A DNA stretch of 30,318 nucleotides. Source: a virus. Its lineage: Duplodnaviria > Caudoviricetes. Below, piece by piece: positions 17,756 through 26,144 of the stretch. The notes below the pieces were generated by a model that was given only the letters and a program-made list of their open reading frames with translations, did not search any database and was not told the origin of the DNA. A program made the translations under genes and the position numbers. The number at the start of each line of letters is the position of its first letter. The first letter of the stretch is position 1. The DNA is taken from positions 1-30,318 of IMG/VR virus record IMGVR_UViG_3300038477_000009; one strand, given 5' to 3'.

Positions 17756-18658
17756 CTATTGCTTCTCGACCGAAGCTCCCACGTTGGCCGCCGTGTCCGA
17801 AGCCGCCGTCACCCACTGGTAGGTAATCAGGTCGCCCGGCGCCACGGCCACCGAATGCGCGATGTCTTTGCAGGTTTTCGTCGCCGCCGCCATGGTGCAG
17901 GTCAGCGCCGTCGCCGAGCCGTTCTTATACACCGTCAGCACGTCTTTGCTTGTGCCGCCCGTCACGTTCGCGCTCGACTGCGCTTGTAGCCCGTAGAGCG
18001 TTCCGTACGATACCTGAATCGTCGGTGCCAGCGCGGTCGTCGCGGCCGAGCAGGCCGCGTCATTCAGATACTCCGTCTCGTTGCTCCCCACCGTCCCGGT
18101 GCAGAAGTCCGCCTGCAACTGCGACGGCGGCGATCCCATCGTGCCGTATCCCGTCTGAACCCATTGCCCGGAACTCAGGCAATTGTAGATTTTGCCGTCG
18201 CTGATGTTGATGTAAGGCAGCGCCGCCACCGTCGAGGCCACGCACGCGCCGCCCTGGTCGCCCGCCAACCCAGCGCCGGCCATGGCCGATCCGCCGAAGT
18301 AGCTCGGGTACCCGATGTAGACCAGTGCGCCCGAGTTGTGGTAACCGGCCTTCGTGCCCCACGCCCCGCGCACCACTCGAACTTGGCCCGTGCTCGAATT
18401 CAGCACCTGCACCACGTCCATAGCTTCGAAGTCCACGTAGAGCAGCGTGGTCCACTGCCCGACCGAGTTCTGCACGAAGTTCGACGTCGAGGCCACGTAG
18501 ATCACGTCCGTCGAAGTGCCCGGCAACGCGCTCGACGGCGTCGCCGTCAAGGCGCTTGCGAGCGTCGTCGTATTGAGCGTCGCTTGCGCGTGCAGGCAGC
18601 CGAAGGACAGCAGCAGCAGCGCAGCCAATGTTCCGATTCTGTTCAATGTCTTGTTCAT
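17756..18658 (-). CDS. Signal-peptide-bearing putative head decoration/fibre protein (300 aa)
   Basis: Real start ATG 18658 (AGGAGA RBS): MNKTLNRIGTLAALLLLSFGCLHA-QA. Then a TTL...VRVVRGAWGTKAGYH beta-barrel, a Cys knob motif and a C1q/BclA-like C-terminus (TVYKNGSATALTCT...HSVAVAPGDLI). Immediately after the coat gene. Confidence 0.8.
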   Translation of the reverse strand: MNKTLNRIGTLAALLLLSFGCLHAQATLNTTTLASALTATPSSALPGTSTDVIYVASTSNFVQNSVGQWTTLLYVDFEAMDVVQVLNSSTGQVRVVRGAWGTKAGYHNSGALVYIGYPSYFGGSAMAGAGLAGDQGGACVASTVAALPYINISDGKIYNCLSSGQWVQTGYGTMGSPPSQLQADFCTGTVGSNETEYLNDAACSAATTALAPTIQVSYGTLYGLQAQSSANVTGGTSKDVLTVYKNGSATALTCTMAAATKTCKDIAHSVAVAPGDLITYQWVTAASDTAANVGASVEKQ

Positions 18659-18678
18659 CGTTTTCTCTCCTGTGAATT

Positions 18679-18708
18679 GGCGGGGGAAGCCGCGGGCGCT
18701 TCCCCGCC
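18679..18708 (-). promoter_or_regulatory. GC-rich hairpin after the coat gene (no U-tract)
   Basis: Minus strand GGCGGGGAAGC-gcccgcg-GCTTCCCCCGCC between the coat stop and the next RBS. Confidence 0.55.
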
Positions 18709-18714
18709 GGCTGC

Positions 18715-19956
18715 CTATTGCAGGCTCAGCACCCGCACCGCGCAATTGTCCGGGTAAAGGTTGCCGAACCCGATCAACGCGTCGAAGCGGTTGACCATCT
18801 TCCTGGTGATGGGATCGAACATCCGCACGAATGAGATCGAGATCCCCGACTTCGGATCCCGTGCCTGGCTCGACATCTCGCAGGCCTTCGGGATTTCCAG
18901 CTTCACCCCGACTAGGGCGAAAGCGTCCCGGTTCAGCGCCAGCCCGTTGATGCCGCTCTTGCCGTTCGGAGTCGTCGTGCCGGGGAACAGCGTCAGCGCG
19001 GCGTTCAACACCGGCAGCGCGTCCACGTTCTGATAGGGCGAGGCCGGTCCGCAAAGGGCCGGACTGATTTGCAGTGTAGCCGCGCTCGCGGCGCCCACCA
19101 CGCTCTGTGTGATGACGACCTGCTTTAGCGTCCCCGTAGTGCGCCGCGTCACCGGGTTGGCATTATTCACAGCCGCGATGCTGATTACATCGCCCGCGTT
19201 GAACGTGTCGCCCGTCGTGCAGGCCACAGTAAGCGAAGTCACGTCTCCAGTGCTGTTCAGGCCGTTCGCCGATACCGTCACCGCTCCGGCCCACGTTCCC
19301 GCCGTCTGGCTGTAGAGGGACATGCTCTCGTCCCACTCGAACCCTTGGGCGTGCCCGTAGTAGCCTTCGCGGAAGGCCTTGGCGATTTCGTTCTGCGGGT
19401 TGAAGGTCGTCAGGTTGTTGCTGACGATCGTGCGCATCATCTGCGGCGAGACGATCATGCCTTTCTCGCCCGGAGTGCATGCGTTCTCGATCAGCCTGGC
19501 GCGCGCCTGGCCGTAGATGTCGAACGACGTGGGTGTCGTGCCCAGCGCTCCCACCACGTTGTTGGTGTTGGCCAGTGCCCAGGCCGCGGCACGCGAGTCG
19601 ATCTCCTGCGCGAGCTGCTCCATCGCCGGATCCAGCAGCTCTTTCTTGATCGCGTCCCGGCCGCGCTCCAGCTTCAGGGCCGCTTCCACCGAGTCCCATT
19701 CGAAGTGGACGCCGAGGATCTGGTCCACGATAACCGTCGTATAGCGCCGGTCGATCGCTTGCGGCTGATATCCCAGCCCGCTCGTAACCTTGAAGCGCTG
19801 CGGGAGTTTCACGCGCACGCTCTCGCCGACCGCGAATTCCTTCGTGAACTCCTTGTTGTAGTCGGTGTTGAAGTACTGCGATACCGCCAATTTGTTGACC
19901 AGGGTCCGCAGACCCTCCATCGTCAACCAATCGACGACTTGAAAGTTATTCGCCAC
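18715..19956 (-). CDS. Major capsid protein (P22 gp5 coat family)
   Basis: 413 aa; MANNF...FNTDYNKEF...GESVRVKLPQRF...LDPAMEQLAQEID...NRFDALIGFGNLYP; follows the scaffold gene. Confidence 0.93.
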   Translation of the reverse strand: MANNFQVVDWLTMEGLRTLVNKLAVSQYFNTDYNKEFTKEFAVGESVRVKLPQRFKVTSGLGYQPQAIDRRYTTVIVDQILGVHFEWDSVEAALKLERGRDAIKKELLDPAMEQLAQEIDSRAAAWALANTNNVVGALGTTPTSFDIYGQARARLIENACTPGEKGMIVSPQMMRTIVSNNLTTFNPQNEIAKAFREGYYGHAQGFEWDESMSLYSQTAGTWAGAVTVSANGLNSTGDVTSLTVACTTGDTFNAGDVISIAAVNNANPVTRRTTGTLKQVVITQSVVGAASAATLQISPALCGPASPYQNVDALPVLNAALTLFPGTTTPNGKSGINGLALNRDAFALVGVKLEIPKACEMSSQARDPKSGISISFVRMFDPITRKMVNRFDALIGFGNLYPDNCAVRVLSLQ

Positions 19957-19988
19957 GTTTTTCCCTTTTGCGCGGCGTCAGGAGAAGT

Positions 19989-21002
19989 TCAGTTCTTCCT
20001 GATCGCGCGGGCGTCCATCACGCGCTTGTAGCGCGCGAAGTCGCCGGCTTCGAGCGCCTGCTCCGCCTCGTCCACCGTGTTCGTGGCATTCCTGCCACTT
20101 AGCTCGGTAGCCGGCTTGGCCGCTGCGCTCGTTTTCTTCGGTTGAGGAGTCGCTATGGGCTTCGTTTCGAGCTGGCCTTCCGGCTTGGCTTCGCTCAGCT
20201 TCGCTTCCACGCGCACAATCTCGCGTGCCAGCCCCGCCGGCGATAGCCCTGCCACTCGCTTCTGCTCTTCCACCGGCAACCGGTAGAAATGCATCACGAT
20301 CTCGGCCCCGACTTCGCTCTCGATGATGAGCGGCGCTACGCCCCTGAATCCGAAAAACTTGCCGAGGACTTCGTCGGCTGCCTTGTATTCCGGGTCCAGT
20401 TCCATCGCCGCCGATCTGCGTTCCTGCCACACCTCGTTGAGCTTCGCTGCTTCCACTTCCGCCGCCACTCGCTCCGCCGCTTGGCGATCGCGCTCCGGTT
20501 GCTTCAGCTTCCAGTCCGTCAGCTCTTCGAGGTACTTCAGTTTCGCCGTATCGAGTTGCTCCCACGTCCCGGTCCATTTCTCCGGGTCCGGCGGCACTGG
20601 CCGCCCGTCCGCCGGCTGCTGGGTTGCGGTTGCCGATTCCGCGGCCTTCTCGGCGGGTTTCGTCCTCCCAGCTGCCAGGTCGGCTTCCAATCCCGCGCGC
20701 GCTTCCGCCCGCTGTCGAAGCAAATCCTGGATCTCGGCGCTCAGTTCGCCCTTGCGACGCTGCGCCCTTTCAAAGCTCGGCTCCTGTTTCTTTCCGGTGT
20801 CCGTCGCCGGTGCGATTGGTTCAGCCTTTGCAGGCTCGGACGCTTGCCCTTCCTTACCTTCCGCGGGTGCCGATTCCGCTTCGTCTGCCGGCTGTGGTGT
20901 GCCGTTCATCAGCCACTCGTCCCGTTGCTTCCCGGTGAAAGTGTCCAACGAATTCGGCGCTTCTATCGCGACTGACGAGGTCGCATTCGTTTCGTCTGCC
21001 AT
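19989..21002 (-). CDS. Scaffolding protein
   Basis: Charged helical 337-aa ORF between portal and coat; AAGGAG RBS; C-terminal helix pair (EAEQALEAGDFARYKRVMDARAIRKN). Confidence 0.82.
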   Translation of the reverse strand: MADETNATSSVAIEAPNSLDTFTGKQRDEWLMNGTPQPADEAESAPAEGKEGQASEPAKAEPIAPATDTGKKQEPSFERAQRRKGELSAEIQDLLRQRAEARAGLEADLAAGRTKPAEKAAESATATQQPADGRPVPPDPEKWTGTWEQLDTAKLKYLEELTDWKLKQPERDRQAAERVAAEVEAAKLNEVWQERRSAAMELDPEYKAADEVLGKFFGFRGVAPLIIESEVGAEIVMHFYRLPVEEQKRVAGLSPAGLAREIVRVEAKLSEAKPEGQLETKPIATPQPKKTSAAAKPATELSGRNATNTVDEAEQALEAGDFARYKRVMDARAIRKN

Positions 21003-21022
21003 ACGCTCTTCTCCTTACGACT

Positions 21023-21052
21023 CGCGGTCTTTTACGCCCTCCGCGTTGGGCG
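21023..21052 (-). promoter_or_regulatory. Predicted H-type RNA pseudoknot in the scaffold leader
   Basis: mRNA CGCCC-AA-CGCGG-A-GGGCG-UAAAAGA-CCGCG, ending 6 nt before AAGGAG. Confidence 0.55.
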
Positions 21053-21173
21053 AGTTAAGATGGGGCGATGACCCTCCGCCCCATGCCGCTCTGGAAGCGC
21101 TTTTGGCTCTTTCTGTTCCCGGCCGCCCGACGGCGCCATGAAGCGCGTGAGCGCGAGGCTTATCGCTGGCTCG

Positions 21174-23381
21174 TCAGGCACCCGGAGGAGCCGGTGCACT
21201 TCCGGGACTAGCCGCCGCCGGATTAGCCGCCGCTTGCGCCGCCGCCGCTTCCTGCTGCTGCTGCGCCAGCGCCGCTTCGTGATCCCGGTCCGCCTGCGAA
21301 TCCGCCGTGTCCATCGCGTGCTGAATAGCGCCCACCTGCGCTTCGAGCTTCGCTACCGCCGACTGCACGCCCGTCTGCAGCTCCGCAATCCGAATCTGAC
21401 TCTGAATCGCCAGCCGCTTCGTCTCTTCCTGAAGAGTCGCGATCGCCACCTTCGCCTGCACGTCCGGCAGCTTCGCTTCGAGTTGCTTCTGCAGCTCCGC
21501 GATCAGTTGCGCCTGCTGCATCAGCGTCTGCTTCTGCTGCGCCATCGTCTGCTGCGCCGCCGGCGGCAATGGCGGCCCTTGCTGCCCTTCCTGCGCCGCG
21601 ATGTCCGGCGGTACCAGACGCTTCGAAATCTCGTCCCCGATCGGGCCCAGGTTCTTCAGCTTCACGACTAAGTCGCCGATACGCGGCATGATCGCCTGGT
21701 TCTGCGTCAACCCGTCGGCGAACGCGTTCGCCGCGTCTCTCTGCGATTGCGTGCTCGGCCCCGTCGTGATCGTTACCGAGTGGTTGCCTTCGCCGATCCG
21801 GTAGTGATATTCCTCGCCCGTCTCCGGATCCTTGAACGGCTCGTTGATCCGCACCACCTTGTGATCTTCGTTCGCCAGGCGAATGCCCACGTCCCGCTTG
21901 GTGTCGTAGACGTAGTCGATCAGGTCGTTCATGATCCGGCCCATGTGTTCCAGGAAGCCGTCGAAGTTGTCGATGAAGTGGAAAGACCCCTGGCTCGATT
22001 GATCGTCGAGCGCCCGCACCGCCACGCCCGATTGCGCGTTCGTGTCGTGCTTCCCGACCGACGTGTTGTACATCCCCAGCGCGCTCTGAATTGCCCGCTT
22101 GTAGCTTTCGGTGAGAACCTGCACCGATTCGAGCGGCACTTCCCAGTGGTTGAACTGCGGAGGCGGCAGGATCGCCTCTCCCGTCTCGTCTGTCTTCGCT
22201 TTGTAGTAGAGGAACGGCCGCGGTGCGTGGCCTATCGGCGTCACCTCGTCTTCGTGGCCCTCGAATTGGCCCTCGCAGGCCAGCCACATCGCCTTTGGCA
22301 TCATGCCCAGCAGCTCGAGCCCGGTCGTCTGCGCGTAGCAGTACGCCATGTAGGCTTGGCGCGCCAACCGAATCAGCGATTCCACCACCAGCTTCGCCCC
22401 GCCGCCCTCACTGACGTATTTCTCCTTGCCGTAGCAGCAGCCGATCGGAATGTACTTGCCGTCCTGCGGGTTCTCCTCGAGGATCTCCACCGCGTTGGTC
22501 AGGTACTGCACCACGTGCCGCTCTTCGCTCTCCCGCTGGTTCAGAATCTTGTGCGTGCCGCGCGGCACCGTCACGCCGTGGCCCAGGTCCACCTCCTTGC
22601 CGAGCTTCACCGTCTCGTCGTCGATCTCCGCGCCTTCCAGCTCATCGGCGAACACATGCAACCCGCTGGCGATGTCCAGGCTTAGCAGCGTCCGCGTCTC
22701 TTTCTCGACCTTCCAATATTCCGCGATCTGGATGAAGTCGTCCTTGATCCACATCGGCAGTTCGGCGAGCTGCTCGGTCGAGAAATCCGTGATCGTCGCT
22801 TTCGGCCAGCGCTTCTTGAAATCGCTCCGCCGGATCAGGTCCGTCACGAAGCACCAGCCCATGTCCGAGCGGTCTTTCTGCTTCGCGTCCGGGTCCGGCC
22901 ACACCGTGTTCGGATTCGCGATCGGCGAGACCACCAGCTCCTGGTCGAATGAGTCCGGCGCCACGTATCGCTTCGACACTCGCGCGAATCCGTACCCGCG
23001 CTGCGTGACGTTCTCCATCACCTGCGAATAGACCGCTTGCGCCCGGCTCGAGTACTCGATCTGCCGGATCAGGTTGCCCCGGAACTCGGCCGTCTTGTCC
23101 GTCGCCCCGCTGCCCGTCGGGTTCACCTTCACCGCGCGCTTGTTCTGCCGCACGTCGTTGATGAGCTGGTTCAAGTATTGGTTCAGCTCGTCGAACGCCA
23201 CGCACGGCCGCCCGGTCGCTTTCCGTTCCCCCTTGTCCTTCGGATCCCATGGATCCCCGGACGCGTAGCGCATGTCGATGTCGCCCTCGTCGCGCGTGTC
23301 CTGCCAGAACTTCACCGCATAGTCGAAGTTGTCCCGTATCTCCTTCAACAGCGCTTCGTCTTGTCTGGTTACCTTCGACAT
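21174..23381 (-). CDS. Portal protein (P22 gp1-like)
   Basis: 735 aa; D.RYASGDPW...R...GRPC...NQLINDVRQN, IAEYW, GKYIPI, SGVAVRA...F.FIDN; C-terminal Gln-rich coiled-coil barrel. Confidence 0.93.
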   Translation of the reverse strand: MSKVTRQDEALLKEIRDNFDYAVKFWQDTRDEGDIDMRYASGDPWDPKDKGERKATGRPCVAFDELNQYLNQLINDVRQNKRAVKVNPTGSGATDKTAEFRGNLIRQIEYSSRAQAVYSQVMENVTQRGYGFARVSKRYVAPDSFDQELVVSPIANPNTVWPDPDAKQKDRSDMGWCFVTDLIRRSDFKKRWPKATITDFSTEQLAELPMWIKDDFIQIAEYWKVEKETRTLLSLDIASGLHVFADELEGAEIDDETVKLGKEVDLGHGVTVPRGTHKILNQRESEERHVVQYLTNAVEILEENPQDGKYIPIGCCYGKEKYVSEGGGAKLVVESLIRLARQAYMAYCYAQTTGLELLGMMPKAMWLACEGQFEGHEDEVTPIGHAPRPFLYYKAKTDETGEAILPPPQFNHWEVPLESVQVLTESYKRAIQSALGMYNTSVGKHDTNAQSGVAVRALDDQSSQGSFHFIDNFDGFLEHMGRIMNDLIDYVYDTKRDVGIRLANEDHKVVRINEPFKDPETGEEYHYRIGEGNHSVTITTGPSTQSQRDAANAFADGLTQNQAIMPRIGDLVVKLKNLGPIGDEISKRLVPPDIAAQEGQQGPPLPPAAQQTMAQQKQTLMQQAQLIAELQKQLEAKLPDVQAKVAIATLQEETKRLAIQSQIRIAELQTGVQSAVAKLEAQVGAIQHAMDTADSQADRDHEAALAQQQQEAAAAQAAANPAAASPGSAPAPPGA

Positions 23382-23503
23382 GGTTTGCTGGGGCAGACCT
23401 CAGCCTGCCGCTTCTTTCGAGGTCTGGCTTTTGGCCGCCGGCAGGTCAGATACCAACTGCCGAGTAACTCGTTGACCGTCGGCTCGTCGTCGAGTTCCCA
23501 CAT
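23369..23503 (-). CDS. Possible 44-aa hypothetical protein
   Basis: Hand translation MWELDDEPTVNELLGSWYLTCRRPKARPRKKRQAEVCPSKPCRR; fills the gap and overlaps the portal start. Confidence 0.35.
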   Translation of the reverse strand: MWELDDEPTVNELLGSWYLTCRRPKARPRKKRQAEVCPSKPCRR

Positions 23504-23515
23504 GGTCGTGCTCTC

Positions 23516-23719
23516 TCAGGTCCTCGCGCGCCGGCGCGCGAGGACCTGCCGGCTGGTCGGGCACCGCGGATAGACCACCCCGCCGCCGTCCCACACCCAG
23601 CCCTTCTCTTTCGCCGCGATCACCGCGCGCTCGGTAGCCGCAATCGTCGCCTCTCGCGTGCACTTCACGCACACCAGCCGGAGCCGCCCCGCCGCGATAG
23701 GATTGACCGCCGCTTTCAC
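23516..23719 (-). CDS. Small Zn-ribbon-like protein (67 aa), one ligand degenerate
   Basis: GTG overlaps the upstream TGA; CVKC...GW...YPRC. Confidence 0.6.
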   Translation of the reverse strand: MKAAVNPIAAGRLRLVCVKCTREATIAATERAVIAAKEKGWVWDGGGVVYPRCPTSRQVLARRRART

Positions 23720-24018
23720 TGCGCCAGCGCGTTCGCGCTCGGCCCAGCCGCCGGTACCGGAGGCGGCGCCGGCGCTTTGATCCCCAAATGCTTCTGCAGG
23801 TGAGCCATCAGCTTCGGCCCCTCGCTCGCGCCAAAGATATGCTCTTCGTCCGGATGGCTCGGCCCCGGCCCAGGGTTGTAGTTGAACACGTGATTGACCG
23901 AGTGGCCGCCGTTCTTGCCCGGTGTCACCTCGAGCCGCTTCAGCGTCTTCGGCCCGGCCGACGGCATCTTCGTTCCCTTCGGCCCTTCGTTGTCGCGGAA
24001 ATCGTAAGCGTGTCCCAT
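23716..24018 (-). CDS. Hypothetical protein (100 aa)
   Basis: ATG directly after an upstream TAA with a G-rich RBS; GTGA coupling to the next gene. Confidence 0.75.
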   Translation of the reverse strand: MGHAYDFRDNEGPKGTKMPSAGPKTLKRLEVTPGKNGGHSVNHVFNYNPGPGPSHPDEEHIFGASEGPKLMAHLQKHLGIKAPAPPPVPAAGPSANALAQ

Positions 24019-24117
24019 TTATTCCCCCCCAGGAATCCGTCGCATTGTCGCCAATATCCAGCCCCGCCAGAAACGGATCCGGTAGCTCCATTTGCGTGTA
24101 CGCCAGCGTAGCGTCAT
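24019..24117 (-). CDS. 32-aa Arg/Trp-rich peptide (not in the ORF track)
   Basis: MTLRWRTRKWSYRIRFWRGWILATMRRIPGGE; exactly fills the gap (TAG-ATG ... TAA-ATG). Confidence 0.55.
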   Translation of the reverse strand: MTLRWRTRKWSYRIRFWRGWILATMRRIPGGE

Positions 24118-24339
24118 CTATTCCCCCACAATCCCGTCCGCCTTCGCGTCGATCTTCTTTTTCCGCGCCGCCGGCACCCCGAACGTCGAGGTAGCCTGCG
24201 CCTTCCGCTTCGCCGCCGTCAGCTCCCCCGCCGACTTCGCCGTTTTCGTGCTTTCTGGCTTTCTGGCTTTCTTCGCCGGCGCCGATTGCTCGCCGCCCTT
24301 CCGCCAGTCGTAGGCATGAGACTCTCGATTATTTGTCAT
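24118..24339 (-). CDS. Small basic protein (73 aa)
   Basis: ATG 24339 lies 2 nt after the TerL stop; Lys/Ala-rich, ends KKKIDAKADGIVGE. Confidence 0.65.
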   Translation of the reverse strand: MTNNRESHAYDWRKGGEQSAPAKKARKPESTKTAKSAGELTAAKRKAQATSTFGVPAARKKKIDAKADGIVGE

Positions 24340-24341
24340 GT

Positions 24342-25637
24342 TTATGACCACGCCGATACCGGCCGCGGCGCCTGCGCCCCCTTCGGCGGTTGCTTCCGCG
24401 GCGGCTTGATTCCTACCGCCATCTGGCGGAACGCATCCGCCGGGTGTGACGCCGCATCGTGCAGCGGTTCTCTCGTCGGCACGCCCAGTGTCTCGACCAC
24501 TCCGTACCGGTAGCGCCTCAGTCCTTGCAACCCATCCGCGCATTTCTCGGCATCGATCCAGCACTGTGGGAAGATCGTACGCACTGCGTTGATCCCCTCG
24601 GCTATCGACAGCCGCGGCAGGACCGTCACCTTGCGGCCCAGAGACCGCATGACTCCCTCGACCGACTTGCCCGTCGCCATGTTGTGCGAAGTCGCATCGT
24701 GCGGCAGGTAGTCCGTCCCGTAGACGTAGGGCTTGCTTTGGAGCAGCTTCACGCAGTCCGCAACCGACTGATGGCACCCTTCCGCGTAGTCGATCAGACG
24801 ACACTCAAACGGGAAGGCCTGCACAAACCAGATCGAGTAGAGATCGCCCCACCCCAAATCCCAGAACGTGTGCACCGGGACCGTCGCATCGTAGGGCACT
24901 TTGGTGATGCGCCCCTCTTTTTCCATGAGCGCGATTTCGGCTTTGTAAATCGCGCCCTCGATCGCCGATTTGGTCGCCCCGCCGTAAATCACGTCGAAGG
25001 TCTCCGGGTCGCTCGCCCGTAAGTGCTCGATCTTGGCCCTCGATGTCTCCGAAAGCCAGATGTTATCCTCGTAGCTGGTACGCACCACGACCGCGCCCGG
25101 CGGCGGGTTGGTCACCCATCGCAGGAAGGTTTCGTCGGAGGGAAGCTCTGGGTTGAAACTCACCCAGATTTCGGAACCTTCCTTGCGAATGGTCGGAATC
25201 ACTACTTCCCACGAGTTCCTCGAGACGTTCGCAGCCTCCTCCACCCATACCCCATCCAGCGATTCGAAGGATTTGATCTGGTTGACGTTGTGCTTCAGGC
25301 CGGCGAACACGAACTCGCTCGCGCCGGGTGTCTCAATCGGCCGGCCGTACATCCCGGTCTTATGCTCCACCGTGCCCACGATCCGGGCCTTCTCCACCCG
25401 GTAAAAATCGGCTAGGCCTAGCCGTGTTATCTGGTCCGCCAGCAGCCAGTGCACCGATTCCGCAATCGATTGCTGTGTTTCTCTCGCGCACAGCCAGCGC
25501 ACCCGGGTCTGTGCGCCCAGAATCAACAGCGCCCGCGCGATCGACCAGCTTTTGATCCCGTCGCGCCCACCGAAGAGGACCTTATAGTCGTGCGGCTCGA
25601 AGAGAAACTGGACCTTCTCCGGAAACTCCGCTCTCAC
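24342..25637 (-). CDS. terL: Terminase large subunit (PBSX/Terminase_3 type, 431 aa)
   Basis: GTG 25637 overlaps the TerS TGA. Walker A GGRDGIKS, CARETQQSI, Walker B VWVEEA, SFNP, nuclease WDLG...HDAASHPADAFR. Confidence 0.93.
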   Translation of the reverse strand: MRAEFPEKVQFLFEPHDYKVLFGGRDGIKSWSIARALLILGAQTRVRWLCARETQQSIAESVHWLLADQITRLGLADFYRVEKARIVGTVEHKTGMYGRPIETPGASEFVFAGLKHNVNQIKSFESLDGVWVEEAANVSRNSWEVVIPTIRKEGSEIWVSFNPELPSDETFLRWVTNPPPGAVVVRTSYEDNIWLSETSRAKIEHLRASDPETFDVIYGGATKSAIEGAIYKAEIALMEKEGRITKVPYDATVPVHTFWDLGWGDLYSIWFVQAFPFECRLIDYAEGCHQSVADCVKLLQSKPYVYGTDYLPHDATSHNMATGKSVEGVMRSLGRKVTVLPRLSIAEGINAVRTIFPQCWIDAEKCADGLQGLRRYRYGVVETLGVPTREPLHDAASHPADAFRQMAVGIKPPRKQPPKGAQAPRPVSAWS

Positions 25638-26059
25638 GGTGTCGCCGGCGCCCCAGGTTTCAGAAACACCACCTCGAGCGTCGCCGCGATCGGCGCGCCG
25701 TCCTTCCCCGTCAACTCGGTCGTGTTCTTGTACTTCTGCGGCTTCGCCCCGCGCAACAGGAACTGCATCAGTCCACCGTCGAACCGCCGCACGCTCCCGC
25801 ATCGCCGGCCCTGGTAAAACACCGGCTCATTCCACCCCAGCGCAGCGCGCCTCACTGCCACGCTCTCCAGGTAGTCGCCCGCGATGACTGTCGCCCGCTC
25901 GAACTCCGCCGCGTACTTCGCGTATTTCTCCAGCCACCGGTAGTGTTGCCGTGGGCTGATCCCTGCCGCCGCGGCCGATCCCGTGATGTTGCACGTCTTC
26001 CGGTATGCCGCCAGAAACGCCCGCGCCCTGGCTCTCGTGCTCGGCCGCGCTTTAGCCAC
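25634..26059 (-). CDS. terS: Terminase small subunit
   Basis: N-terminal HTH (AFLAAY..TCNIT.SA..AGIS...HYRW), RRA..GW.EPVFYQG, ELTGKDGAPI; upstream of TerL. Confidence 0.88.
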   Translation of the reverse strand: MAKARPSTRARARAFLAAYRKTCNITGSAAAAGISPRQHYRWLEKYAKYAAEFERATVIAGDYLESVAVRRAALGWNEPVFYQGRRCGSVRRFDGGLMQFLLRGAKPQKYKNTTELTGKDGAPIAATLEVVFLKPGAPATP

Positions 26060-26144
26060 CGCTCAACCATTTGTCTATGGCCTCGATCAAGTCCGCGACC
26101 ATCAGAGTGACAAACGAGAGAAATAGCGCCTTGCCCAGATCCAC
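26052..26144 (-). CDS. 30-aa hydrophobic peptide (not in the ORF track)
   Basis: MDLGKALFLSFVTLMVADLIEAIDKWLSGG; its GTG overlaps the upstream TAG and its stop overlaps the TerS start. Confidence 0.5.
   Translation of the reverse strand: MDLGKALFLSFVTLMVADLIEAIDKWLSGG

Noticed and set aside
18659-19054. Frameshift fusion of the coat to the downstream protein, suggested by the open overlapping frame 17756..19054
   Set aside because: No slippery sequence noticed, and the downstream gene has its own RBS, ATG and signal peptide.
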